A stretch of 64,000 nt of DNA from an uncultured Chlorobiota bacterium. GTDB taxonomy: Bacteria > Bacteroidota > Bacteroidia > Bacteroidales > JAADGE01. The notes beneath the pieces were generated by a model, which was given only the letters and a program-made list of their open reading frames with translations, was not told where the DNA came from and searched no databases. A program made the translations under genes and the position numbers. Every line of letters starts with the position of its first letter. Position 1 is the first letter of the stretch. Of the stretch, positions 47,590 through 57,516 are shown piece by piece. The DNA is taken from the NCBI GenBank assembly GCA_947311445.1, contig CAMZKV010000037.1, positions 5,494 to 69,493 of the forward strand. Reading direction: 5' to 3'.

Positions 47590-47946
47590 TTATGCCTGTT
47601 GTGCTTCTTTTGCGGCAGGTCCTTGGTATTGTGCATCTCCAAATCCAAGCATTGGAATAAAGATAAATCCTAAGAAAAGCATTCCTAAGGTATAACCTAC
47701 ATCCTTTCCAAAACTTTTTGAAAGTAAGTTAATCGTCCAAATACCCCAAATCATACCAACATAAGGTATCATCATTAAGAAAAACCACCACCAAGGTTTC
47801 CCAACTATCTCTAGCATCACAATAGTACTATATATTGGCACTAATGCTGCCCAACCTGGTTTTCCTGCTTTAACAAAAATTTTCCACATTGATGCAAACA
47901 TAAAAATTACTAATGCTAATACTAAAATTATAACAACAATTTCCAT
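47590..47946 (-). CDS. DUF5684 family membrane protein
   Basis: WKIF.KAG.PGWA.LVPIY, G.PWWW, L.KSFGK..G motifs. Confidence 0.85.
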   Translation of the reverse strand: MEIVVIILVLALVIFMFASMWKIFVKAGKPGWAALVPIYSTIVMLEIVGKPWWWFFLMMIPYVGMIWGIWTINLLSKSFGKDVGYTLGMLFLGFIFIPMLGFGDAQYQGPAAKEAQQA

Positions 47947-48048
47947 AATAAGTTTTTTTTAATTTTTGCTTACTCTATACAGTTTTCAGCATACCTGTAA
48001 AAAAAGCAGAAATAAATCTGCTTTTAATATTTTAAAAAAGAGTGTTTA

Positions 48049-48408
48049 TTATGCTTCAACTGCTTTAGCACCCCAATTGTTATCTTCTTCAACTCCGTCT
48101 TTTATCCAGAAAATAATTAAAATAATTATTCCGATAAAAGGAATTAAAGCTAATAGTTGTAACCAACCGCTTTTGCCTATATCGTGTAATCTTCTTGCTC
48201 CAATTGCTAAACTTGGAATCATAACAGCTAGCCCAAATATGCCGCTAAAAATCTTCATTCCAATAATATTATCAATAATTGATAATACAATGTTAATTAC
48301 AATTGAGAACAAGATAAACATCCAAAAATCTTTTTTTGCAGTTCTGCCTTTAAAATCAGCATACTGACCTTTTAAAACGTCTAAAAAATACTTGTTAAAA
48401 ATTTCCAT
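48049..48408 (-). CDS. DUF805 family membrane protein
   Basis: YADFKGR...K.FW.F, P.LA.GARRLHDIGKSGW, D....N.WG. Confidence 0.9.
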   Translation of the reverse strand: MEIFNKYFLDVLKGQYADFKGRTAKKDFWMFILFSIVINIVLSIIDNIIGMKIFSGIFGLAVMIPSLAIGARRLHDIGKSGWLQLLALIPFIGIIILIIFWIKDGVEEDNNWGAKAVEA

Positions 48409-48587
48409 AAAATAATTTTTTTTATAATTTATTTACCTACTCTTTTGTATTCAGTTTTCGGTATCCCTGAATATTGGTCAAATATATAAACAGTTTTTAT
48501 ATATTTCAAATTATTTTTTTAAATATAAGATATTTAGTGTGTTTAATTGCAATTTTAAACAATAAAATTCGTTGTTTATTAATCTGT

Positions 48588-49868
48588 TTATTTCGCTCCT
48601 ACAACAATTTCAATCATTGTATTTTCATTAAGATACTTTTTAGCTGTATTCATTATAATTTCAGGTGTTATTTCTTTCACAGTTTCAAAAAATCTTTTAT
48701 AATAATCTAAATTCATATCATATAAAATAACTGTTCTTAAAGTTTCTGAGACAGCAAATGCACCATCAAACATTCTCGAAAAGTTTCCAATTAAATAATT
48801 TTTTACTCTATTTAATTCTTCTGATGACATCAAAGTTGTTCTTAATATTTTTAATTCTTTGTAAATCTCAACAATGGCTTTTTTATATACATCTTTCCCC
48901 GATTCCGCAGAAATTTGAAACACTCCTGCTTCAATCATAGAAGTAGTACTTGCATAAATGCCGTATGTATATCCTTTGTCTTCACGAATATTTGTCATTA
49001 ATCTTGAACCAAAATATCCTCCTAAGATAATGGATGTTATGTTCAAATTAAAATAATCATGATGAGTTCTATTTATTGTTTTCTTACCTATGCGAATAGA
49101 AGATTGAACAGTGTTTTCAATACTTATAAACTTTCTTGTTTTTTTTATCGGAATTTTTGGAAATATAATTTCCTTATTTTTTAGTTTTTTTACTTTTGTT
49201 TTTCCAAAAAAATCATTTAATAAACTAATATGATCTTCGTTTATTTTACCTGCAAGAATTATTGTTAAATTTTCAGACTTAAATTTTTTATTGTAAAATT
49301 TTTTTACTTTTTCTGAAGTAATATCTTTGAATTCTTTTTCCGTTATATTAATACCGTAGGAATGATTTTTACCAAATATTGTTTCATAAAAAACTTCATG
49401 CGAAACTGCATTAGTTTTTTGCCTCTCAATTAAGTATGTTTGATACTTGTTTTGTAGATAAAGTTCAATTTCACTTTCCGGAAATGTTGCATTGTAGAAT
49501 ACATCTGCAACAATAGATATTGTTTCTTTCAAATATTTATTTAATGTGTAAAGAGTAATTTTTGAAAAGTGCATTCCTGCTTTTAATTCTAAAAATGCTC
49601 CATAAAAATCAAGTTTTTCTGCAATTTGTTCGGCTGTTTTATTTTTAGTCCCTACATCTGCAAGTACAATTGCGGCATCAGCAATTAAAGGGTTTTTGTT
49701 GTACACTTTACCTGCTTTAATTATAAAATCAATTTTAACAACTTCTTGTTCTCCTCCATTAATTAAATAATATGGTATTCCATTTGAAAGTTCTTGTTTT
49801 TCAATATTTATAATATCTAACTTTTCTGCAGTTTTAAATTTAGGTTTTGCTTTTATTTGCTTTGTCAT
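48588..49868 (-). CDS. M16 family peptidase, probably the non-catalytic subunit
   Basis: LSNG, GT....A..IAE.LDFYGA, ILGGYFGSRLM.NIRE.KGYTYGI; no HXXEH motif. Confidence 0.85.
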   Translation of the reverse strand: MTKQIKAKPKFKTAEKLDIINIEKQELSNGIPYYLINGGEQEVVKIDFIIKAGKVYNKNPLIADAAIVLADVGTKNKTAEQIAEKLDFYGAFLELKAGMHFSKITLYTLNKYLKETISIVADVFYNATFPESEIELYLQNKYQTYLIERQKTNAVSHEVFYETIFGKNHSYGINITEKEFKDITSEKVKKFYNKKFKSENLTIILAGKINEDHISLLNDFFGKTKVKKLKNKEIIFPKIPIKKTRKFISIENTVQSSIRIGKKTINRTHHDYFNLNITSIILGGYFGSRLMTNIREDKGYTYGIYASTTSMIEAGVFQISAESGKDVYKKAIVEIYKELKILRTTLMSSEELNRVKNYLIGNFSRMFDGAFAVSETLRTVILYDMNLDYYKRFFETVKEITPEIIMNTAKKYLNENTMIEIVVGAK

Positions 49869-49914
49869 TTTGAATTTATTTTATTGATTATTAAAGTTTT
49901 ATAATACATAATAA

Positions 49915-51486
49915 TTACAGCTCTTTGTTTTGTATAAAACTCATTGCTCGCTCACTTATTGCCGTAATACTCAATGCAGGATTTACACCAGGATTAGCTG
50001 AAATCATTGAACCATCGCAAACATACATGTTTTCATAGCCAAAAACTTTATTGTTTTTATCAATTACGCCGTTTTCAATATCTTTTCCCATTACGGCACC
50101 GCCCAAAATATGTGCAGTTGAGGGTATTCCTGTAAGAGTTTCCGTAAACATAACTGTTGGTTTTCCGTTTATTATTTTACCATATTTATGTGCAACTTCA
50201 TGTGCTTCGGGAATAAATGCAGTTGGGTTTTTACCTTTTTCAATTTTTGTTCCTGTTCTAAGAAATTTCTTTCTTAATTTTAAAGTGCTGTCAAGATATT
50301 GCATAAATAAAATAACAGATGTTTGTTTTCCAAAATTTGGAGCAAAGAAAATTTTAAGCCACATTAAAGGTGCCGTAAACGGAATAATAAATAACTTAAA
50401 AATTCTTAAAAAGAAATTCTTTTCACTTACCATTGGCATTACTAAAACTCGCCAAAAACCTGAACCTTTGCCATATCTTACAGGTTCAATATTGCTGTTC
50501 TCATCCACTTCAATTATTGAGCCTATTGCAATTCCGTCCGACATATTTTTGTTTTTATCAGAACTTACGGTAAGTATTAATGCTTCATTATTTGTTCTTA
50601 TGTTATCTCCAATTTTTTTACTTAAATTTGGTAAATTTTTCTTTTTTTGTTTCAACAAAAGCGGAACCGTACCAAGCACACCGCCTGATAAAACTATTCC
50701 TTTTGCTTTAACAGTTTGTTTCTTTTTTAATAATTTAGTAGATTGCTTAAAAATAACTTCATAAGCTGTTGTTCCGGTCTTTCCGTCAAGCGGAATTATA
50801 TCTGTTACTTCTTGTTCTGCAATAATTTCAGCACCAAGTTGTTGTGCAAGGTGTAAATAGTTTTTATCCAAAGTGTTTTTTGCATTATGGCGGCAACCTG
50901 TCATGCAACTTCCACATTGAATGCATCCTGTTCTTGTTGGTCCTTTGCCGTTAAAATATGGGTCATCAACCGTAAGATCATTTTCTCCAAAATAAATAGC
51001 AACTTTTACAGTTTTAAATTTATCTTCTTTTCCAATTTCCTTTGCAAGTTGTTTAAATGCCAAATCACTCTCTCCGAAATATGTATTTTCAGTTGCTCCG
51101 AGCATTTTCCATGCAGTTTCGTAATGAGGTGCAAGTTCTTTTTCCCAGTCAGCAAGTTTTGCCCACGAGCCATGATTAAAAAACGGTGTTTTAGGTTTTG
51201 GTAAAGTGTTGGCATACACCAATGAACCACCACCAACGCCAACACCACTCATTGCAGAAATATGCCTTAAAAAACTTATTTTTTGAATGCCAAATAAACC
51301 AAACTTTGGTAGCCATAACCATTTTCGTAAGTTCCAATTTGTTTTTGGGAAATCATTATCTTTAAACCATTTGCCTTTTTCTATAACAAGAACTTTATAA
51401 CCCTTTTCGGAAAGCCGCAATGCCGAAACCGCTCCGCCAAAACCGGAACCTATTATTATGTAGTCGTATTCTTTTTTTAATTTCAT
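49915..51486 (-). CDS. GMC oxidoreductase, cholesterol oxidase (ChoD)-like
   Basis: IIGSGFGG.V.A.RL.EKG..V.V.EKG, GVGGGSL.YAN, C..CG.CM.GC...AKNTL..NYL, TAHILGG, DGS...N.GVNP.L.I. Confidence 0.88.
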   Translation of the reverse strand: MKLKKEYDYIIIGSGFGGAVSALRLSEKGYKVLVIEKGKWFKDNDFPKTNWNLRKWLWLPKFGLFGIQKISFLRHISAMSGVGVGGGSLVYANTLPKPKTPFFNHGSWAKLADWEKELAPHYETAWKMLGATENTYFGESDLAFKQLAKEIGKEDKFKTVKVAIYFGENDLTVDDPYFNGKGPTRTGCIQCGSCMTGCRHNAKNTLDKNYLHLAQQLGAEIIAEQEVTDIIPLDGKTGTTAYEVIFKQSTKLLKKKQTVKAKGIVLSGGVLGTVPLLLKQKKKNLPNLSKKIGDNIRTNNEALILTVSSDKNKNMSDGIAIGSIIEVDENSNIEPVRYGKGSGFWRVLVMPMVSEKNFFLRIFKLFIIPFTAPLMWLKIFFAPNFGKQTSVILFMQYLDSTLKLRKKFLRTGTKIEKGKNPTAFIPEAHEVAHKYGKIINGKPTVMFTETLTGIPSTAHILGGAVMGKDIENGVIDKNNKVFGYENMYVCDGSMISANPGVNPALSITAISERAMSFIQNKEL

Positions 51487-51585
51487 ACTTTATTCTATGT
51501 AAAAATGTTTCGCACCATTGCTGCTGAAATTTAATTTAAAAATCTTTCAAATTTAATATATTTGTTGAAATTTAAGAAATGTAAG

Positions 51586-52461
51586 ATGAACGAAAAAATA
51601 ATGTTAGCAATAATTCTGCTTTTTATAGTGATTATAATAATCTATATAAAAAAGAAAAATGCATGGAAAATCCCAAAAGGTGAATTTTCCAAAAAATGGC
51701 GAGTAATTCTTTCTGAAAAAATAATTTTTTATAATAATTTGAATGATGAAGAAAAAAAACAATTTGAATTTAAAGTCCAAGAATTTTTATTGAATTGCAA
51801 AATTACGGGAATAAAGACGAAAGTTGAAGATGTTGACCGAATTTTAATTGCTGCAAGTGCAATAATTCCAATTTTTGAATTTCCTGAATGGCGTTATTTG
51901 AATATTGATGAAGTTTTACTTTATCCGAAATCTTTTAATATGGATTTTGGCGTAAATAATGAAAGCACTGTTCTTGGCATGGTCGGTTCAGGTGTTATGG
52001 AGGGCAAAATGATTTTATCTAAACAAAGTTTAATTAACGGTTTCCAAAACGAAACAGATAAAAAAAATACCGCAATTCATGAATTTGTGCATTTAATTGA
52101 TAAATCTGACGGAGCAATTGATGGTCTGCCAAAACTTCTTCTTGAAAAACAATATACAATTCCTTGGATAGATTTAATAAAGCAAAAAATAGATGAGATT
52201 TATAAAGGGAAGTCTGATATAAATCCTTATGGAGCAACAAGTAAGGCAGAGTTTTTCTCTGTAATAAGCGAATATTTTTTTGAACGGCCTGAACTTCTGA
52301 AAAAGAAACACCCAAAACTTTATAAACTTTTAGAACAAATTTTTAAGACCGACGGAATAAGCCGTTTTAAAATAAAAAAACGAAAAATAACCGGCAGAAA
52401 TTCACCTTGCCCTTGCGGAAGCGGCAAGAAATATAAGCATTGTTGCGGGGAAAATATATAA
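51586..52461 (+). CDS. MtfA / peptidase M90-like zinc protein with C-terminal SEC-C motif
   Basis: N-terminal TM, IAASA.IP, V..YP..F, N..IHEFVH..D, YGAT..AEFF.V.SE.FFE.P; tail GRNSPCPCGSGKKYKHCC; TATATTTG -7 element at 51557-51564. Confidence 0.88.
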   Translation: MNEKIMLAIILLFIVIIIIYIKKKNAWKIPKGEFSKKWRVILSEKIIFYNNLNDEEKKQFEFKVQEFLLNCKITGIKTKVEDVDRILIAASAIIPIFEFPEWRYLNIDEVLLYPKSFNMDFGVNNESTVLGMVGSGVMEGKMILSKQSLINGFQNETDKKNTAIHEFVHLIDKSDGAIDGLPKLLLEKQYTIPWIDLIKQKIDEIYKGKSDINPYGATSKAEFFSVISEYFFERPELLKKKHPKLYKLLEQIFKTDGISRFKIKKRKITGRNSPCPCGSGKKYKHCCGENI

Positions 52462-52526
52462 ATGTAATAAGCTGTAAAGTTATTTAATCAGCTAAGATTT
52501 TTGCTGTTTTACTATATTGGCAAAAA

Positions 52527-52565
52527 TACCGATAATTGCAATATATCGGTAATTTAACCGATATT
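52527..52565. promoter_or_regulatory. Candidate operator upstream of xdhA
   Basis: taccgata-attgcaat-a-tatcggta palindrome plus a third accgata half-site; TATATTTG -7 element at 52598-52605. Confidence 0.45.
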
Positions 52566-52691
52566 TACAGAAAATACTTTTTTTTATTGATATTTTTTAT
52601 ATTTGTAAAAATAATGATTATTTAATTCAACATATCAGCAGATATAGGAGTACAACTTATTTAAAAAGTTTATATAAAAAAGCAAAGAATC

Positions 52692-54050
52692 ATGATACAA
52701 TTCATTTTAAACAACAAATTAATAAAAACCGAAAAAAAAGCAAGTTCAATTTTGCTAGATTTTATAAGATACGACCAACACCTTAAAGGAACAAAATCCG
52801 GTTGCAGAGAAGGTGATTGCGGTGCATGTACAGTTCTTGTAGGAACTCTTGAAAACGGTATTGTAAATTATAAAAGTATGGCATCTTGCCTTACGCCGCT
52901 TGGGAATGTGGCAGGAAAACATGTTGTAACTGTTGAAGGAATTAACGGAAAAGATTTAACCCCTATTCAGAAAGCATTACATGAACATTCAGGAACTCAA
53001 TGTGGTTTTTGCACACCGGGTTTTGTAGTTTCTTTAACAGCACACGCAATGTCAAAAAAAGAAAATACAAATGAAGCTGCAAAGCTCTCAATTTCAGGAA
53101 ATATTTGCAGATGTACAGGCTACAAATCAATTGAAAAATCCGTTGATGATATCGTTGATGATTTGAAAGAAAAACCAAAAACGGCATCCTTAAATTGGAT
53201 GATTGAACATAATTATTTACCAAAATATTTTAAGGACATTTCAAAACGACTATCTGAAATAAAAACTGAGAAACAAAAAGGTAAAAAAATAATAGGAGGA
53301 GGAACAGATTTATATGTGCAAAATCCAGATGAAACCTCTGACACAGAAGCAAGTTTTTATTTAAATAAAAATGAATATAAAGAAATATCAGAAAACAATG
53401 AAATTATAACAGTAGGAGCATCAGTTACAGCTAATGAAATTATGTATTCGAAAATTTTTAATAAACATTTTCCAAAAATAAAAGATTGGTTTAAACTAAT
53501 ATCATCTGAACAAATAAGAAATGTAGGAACTGTTGCAGGAAACTTTGTAAATGCCTCACCAATAGGAGATTTAACTATTTTTTTCTTAGCACTAAATGCA
53601 GAATTGAATTTAAAAAATTCCAAAGGAAAAGTAAGAAAAATTGCTTTAAAAAACTTCTATAAAGGATACAAAACAATAGATTTACAAAAAGATGAGATTA
53701 TTGAAAGTTTAAATTTCAATATACCTAAAAGCAATTTTAAATTTAACTTTGAAAAAGTGTCAAAAAGAACATTCTTAGATATTGCAACTGTAAATACTGC
53801 TCTTTCATATACATTAGCAAAAAATGTAATTGAAGATATTCATATTTCGGGTGGTGGTTTGGCTGCAATTCCAAAATATTTTGATAAAACACGAAATTTT
53901 TTGAAAGGAAAAGAACTAAATATGTCAAATCTGAATGATGCAAGCGAAATCCTAATTTCAGAAGTAAGTCCCATAAGTGATATAAGAGGAAGTAAAGAAT
54001 ATAAGAGTTTGTTGCTGAAACAATTGTTCTTTGCTCATTTTGAAATCTGA
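52692..54050 (+). CDS. xdhA: Xanthine dehydrogenase small subunit (2x[2Fe-2S] plus FAD)
   Basis: GTKSGCREGDCGACTV, QCGFCTPG, GNICRCTGY, GGGTDL, QIRNVGTVAGN..NASPIGD, FEKVSKR..LDIA. Confidence 0.92.
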   Translation: MIQFILNNKLIKTEKKASSILLDFIRYDQHLKGTKSGCREGDCGACTVLVGTLENGIVNYKSMASCLTPLGNVAGKHVVTVEGINGKDLTPIQKALHEHSGTQCGFCTPGFVVSLTAHAMSKKENTNEAAKLSISGNICRCTGYKSIEKSVDDIVDDLKEKPKTASLNWMIEHNYLPKYFKDISKRLSEIKTEKQKGKKIIGGGTDLYVQNPDETSDTEASFYLNKNEYKEISENNEIITVGASVTANEIMYSKIFNKHFPKIKDWFKLISSEQIRNVGTVAGNFVNASPIGDLTIFFLALNAELNLKNSKGKVRKIALKNFYKGYKTIDLQKDEIIESLNFNIPKSNFKFNFEKVSKRTFLDIATVNTALSYTLAKNVIEDIHISGGGLAAIPKYFDKTRNFLKGKELNMSNLNDASEILISEVSPISDIRGSKEYKSLLLKQLFFAHFEI

Positions 54051-54203
54051 AACTAAGATTTTTTAAAGGAATACTTTTTAAATTATTCATTATTTTTTTT
54101 TAGTTCTTAAAATTTAAGTGCAAAAAACTAATTCTAATTAGATGTCTTAAACACATCCAGATAATCAAATAATTAGTATTAAAATCTAACAAAGCAACAT
54201 AAA

Positions 54204-56756
54204 ATGATAAGATTCAAACTAAATAACCAACAAATAACGTACAAAGGAAACAAAGATAAAACATTACTCGATTTCATAAGAAAAGATAAAGGATTAACCT
54301 CTGTGAAAGATGGTTGCTCCGGACAATCTGCCTGCGGTGCATGTACTGTTGAAGTAAATGGTAAAGCTGTATTATCCTGCGTAACAAAACTAGGCAAATT
54401 ACAAGATGCTGAAGTTTTTACTCCGGAAGGATTTCCTGAATATGTGAAAGATACCATAGCAAAAGCCCTTGTAAACGAAGGTGGTGTGCAATGCGGTTTT
54501 TGCACTCCCGGATTTTTAAGTAGAACAAAAGTTCTTTTACAAGATAATTCGCAACCTTCAGTTGCCGAAATAAGAAAAGCAATAAAATCACACATTTGCA
54601 GATGTACCGGATATAAAAAAATTGAAAAAGGAATTTTAACAGCCGCAAATGCAATAAAAGAAAATAAAACATTAGAAATCAGAAAAACTTCCGGCAAAAT
54701 AGGACAATCGCAACCAAAATACGGAGCATATGAAACTGCAATAGGAGAAAGGAAATTTGTAGATGATATGAACTTTGAAGGAATGTTGCATGGAGCATTA
54801 AAATTTAGCAATTTTCCCAAAGCAAAAGTTTTGAAAATAGATACTAAAAAAGCTGAACAAATTACTGGAGTACATAAAATTGTAACTGCGAAAGATATTC
54901 CTGGCAAAAAAATAATAGGTCTAATTTATCAGGATTGGTCGGTTATGATTGATGAAGGAAAAACTACACATTACATTGGTGATGTAATTGCTGGAGTAAT
55001 TGCAGATACCGATAAAATTGCTCGACAAGCAGTTGATTTAATAGAAATTAAATACGAAATTTTAAAACCCGAAACTGATGTTTTTGATGCCATAAACGGA
55101 GAAAGAGTTCACCCCGAAAAGCCTAATAACTTTAATACAACACAATTTACTATTGGAGATGCTGATAAAGCAATTAAGAATTCAAAATACACTTCAAAAG
55201 GAACCTACCAAACCCAAAGAATAGAACACGGTTTTCTTGAAAAAGAAGCGGCAATTGCACTACCATACAAAAATGGAGGTATTCATCTCTACAGCCAATC
55301 ACAAGGAGTTTATGAAGATCAAAGACAAGTTGCAGACATTCTAGGATTACCAATTGAAAAAGTAAGAGTTACACTCATTCCAAATGGAGGAGGTTTTGGT
55401 GGAAAGGAAGATATAAGCATACAAGGACACACGTCACTTTTTGCTTTTTTAATACAAAAACCTGTAAAAATATCTTTAACTAGAGAAGAATCAATTAGAT
55501 TACACCCAAAAAGACATCCTGTTTTTATGGATATTGAACTTGGAGCAGATGAAAACGGAAAACTAACAGGAATAAAATTGAGAGCAGTAGGAGATACAGG
55601 TGCCTACGCATCAGTTGGCACAAAAGTGCTTGAAAGAGTTGCTGGACACGCAACAGGTGGGTATTTTGTTCCAAATGTTGATGTGGAAGCAAAAACAGTT
55701 TACACAAATAACATTCCATGTGGAGCAATGCGTGGTTTTGGTGCAAACCAAGTTGCTTTTGCTCTTGAATCTTGTATTGACGATATTTGTGAGAAAGCAA
55801 AATTTGACCGTTGGCAATTTCGTTGGGACAACGCTTTAACTGATGGACTCAGAACATCAACAGGGCAAAAAGTAACCGGTGTAGGTATTCGAAAATCATT
55901 GGAAGCAATAAAAGAAGATTTTTATAATGCTAAATATGCAGGTTTAGCAACAGCAATTAAAAACTCTGGTGTAGGAAACGGTATGATTGACGAATCTAAA
56001 GTTACAATTGATATAGTATCAGAAAATTACGTTATTCTACAGCACGGTTGGACAGAAATGGGACAAGGAGTGCATAATATGGCTTTGCAAACCCTTTGCC
56101 AAGAAACAGGTATTTCTCCTGATATAATTAAAGTTATTGTTGATACAGATGCAAATATTAAAACAGGAATGACAACTTCGTCAAGGGGAACAGCATTAGT
56201 TGGACTTGCAACTATAAATGCATCAAAGACTTTGGTTGAAGATTTGAAAACTAAAACTTTAAAAGAACTATCTGGCAAACAATACAGAGGACAATTTGTA
56301 TGCGATTGGACAACTAAGCCAGGCGATGACGTTGAAGAGCCTATAATTCATTATTCTTACGGTTATGCTGCACAATTATGCATATTAAATGATGAAGGTA
56401 AAGTTGAAAAAATTGTTGCTGCTCACGATGCAGGAAAAATTATGAACCAAATGCTTTTTGAAGGACAAATTGAAGGCGGAGTTCACATGGGATTAGGCTA
56501 TGCCTTAACAGAAGACTTACCAATGAAAGACGGCTTTCTCGTTCACGATAAATACAGAAAACTTGGAATATTAAAAGCTCATGAAACTCCTGAAATAATA
56601 GTAAAAGGCGTTGAAGTTAAAGACCCCATAGGACCGTACGGAGCAAAGGGTATTGGTGAAATTGGTTTAGTGCCAACCGCAGGTGCTGTTGCTAATGCCT
56701 TGTATCAATTTGATAAAATTAGACGGTTTAAATTACCTTTGTTTCCAAGAAAATGA
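54204..56756 (+). CDS. xdh: Selenium-dependent-type xanthine dehydrogenase / molybdenum hydroxylase (fused [2Fe-2S] and Mo domains)
   Basis: SVKDGCS.Q.ACGACT, QCGFCTPG, ICRCTGY; GGGFGGKED, HPKRHP, MRGFG.NQ, KNSGVGNG..D, TT.SR.T, YGAKG.GE; about 850 aa architecture. Confidence 0.85.
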   Translation: MIRFKLNNQQITYKGNKDKTLLDFIRKDKGLTSVKDGCSGQSACGACTVEVNGKAVLSCVTKLGKLQDAEVFTPEGFPEYVKDTIAKALVNEGGVQCGFCTPGFLSRTKVLLQDNSQPSVAEIRKAIKSHICRCTGYKKIEKGILTAANAIKENKTLEIRKTSGKIGQSQPKYGAYETAIGERKFVDDMNFEGMLHGALKFSNFPKAKVLKIDTKKAEQITGVHKIVTAKDIPGKKIIGLIYQDWSVMIDEGKTTHYIGDVIAGVIADTDKIARQAVDLIEIKYEILKPETDVFDAINGERVHPEKPNNFNTTQFTIGDADKAIKNSKYTSKGTYQTQRIEHGFLEKEAAIALPYKNGGIHLYSQSQGVYEDQRQVADILGLPIEKVRVTLIPNGGGFGGKEDISIQGHTSLFAFLIQKPVKISLTREESIRLHPKRHPVFMDIELGADENGKLTGIKLRAVGDTGAYASVGTKVLERVAGHATGGYFVPNVDVEAKTVYTNNIPCGAMRGFGANQVAFALESCIDDICEKAKFDRWQFRWDNALTDGLRTSTGQKVTGVGIRKSLEAIKEDFYNAKYAGLATAIKNSGVGNGMIDESKVTIDIVSENYVILQHGWTEMGQGVHNMALQTLCQETGISPDIIKVIVDTDANIKTGMTTSSRGTALVGLATINASKTLVEDLKTKTLKELSGKQYRGQFVCDWTTKPGDDVEEPIIHYSYGYAAQLCILNDEGKVEKIVAAHDAGKIMNQMLFEGQIEGGVHMGLGYALTEDLPMKDGFLVHDKYRKLGILKAHETPEIIVKGVEVKDPIGPYGAKGIGEIGLVPTAGAVANALYQFDKIRRFKLPLFPRK

Positions 56757-56769
56757 AAAAAATAAAAAT

Positions 56770-57516
56770 ATGTTTATTAAATACTTAAAATTACAGCAGA
56801 TCTTTCTGTTTTTTTTGTTTTTATTTTTTTTCTTATCATGCACTAATAATAATTGTCTAAAAAGCAAAGGAGAAATAAAATCTGAAACAAGATTGCTTAA
56901 TTCTTTCAAAAAAATAGAAATAAACGATTTGTTTAATATTTATTTAGTGAATGATAGTATCGAAAAAATTGACATTGAAACAAATAAAAATATTTTAAGT
57001 AATGTCTTAACTGATGTAGAAGATTCAGTATTAGTATTAAATAATACAACAAAATGTAGATTTCTAAAAGAAAATAATAAATTTCCAAATTTAATAATCC
57101 ATATTAAATATTTAAATTTTATTGAAATTAATGAAGCCTGTAATATATATACTATTGATACTTTAAAAATTAACAGATTTTTAATTAGAAATAAAGGTAA
57201 TATAGGGTTTGCTGATTTGAATATTGAAACAAATCATTTCTTTTTTGAATTATGGGAAACATCAACCGGAAAATATTATATTAGAGGAAAAACAACTTAT
57301 TTTACAACTACATCTTATGGAAATTCTTATATATTTGCAGATAATTTTTTTTCAAAATACACATCTGTAAAATCTAATTCTACCGGAGATTATTATTTAA
57401 ATTGCACAAAAAAAATTGTAGGAGAAATTAAAAGTAGCGGAGATGTTTTCTTATTGGGAAACCCTAATACTATTAATATAAATGAAGAATCATCAGGAAA
57501 ACTAATATTAAAATGA
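56770..57516 (+). CDS. Head GIN domain (DUF2807) lipoprotein
   Basis: Lipobox FFLSC; G....E.R....F..I, L.L.N...C..L, G.....G.P beta-helix repeats. Confidence 0.8.
   Translation: MFIKYLKLQQIFLFFLFLFFFLSCTNNNCLKSKGEIKSETRLLNSFKKIEINDLFNIYLVNDSIEKIDIETNKNILSNVLTDVEDSVLVLNNTTKCRFLKENNKFPNLIIHIKYLNFIEINEACNIYTIDTLKINRFLIRNKGNIGFADLNIETNHFFFELWETSTGKYYIRGKTTYFTTTSYGNSYIFADNFFSKYTSVKSNSTGDYYLNCTKKIVGEIKSSGDVFLLGNPNTININEESSGKLILK

Noticed and set aside
51490-52500. Integron-like attC sites flanking mtfA
   Set aside because: Only loose GTT/AAC-like words are present; no paired R and L boxes or extrahelical-base pattern could be built
54030-56770. TGA read-through (Sec) at the ends of xdhA and xdh
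   Set aside because: Both TGA codons fall at the expected protein ends and are followed by TAA within one or two codons; Se-type XDH uses labile selenium, not Sec
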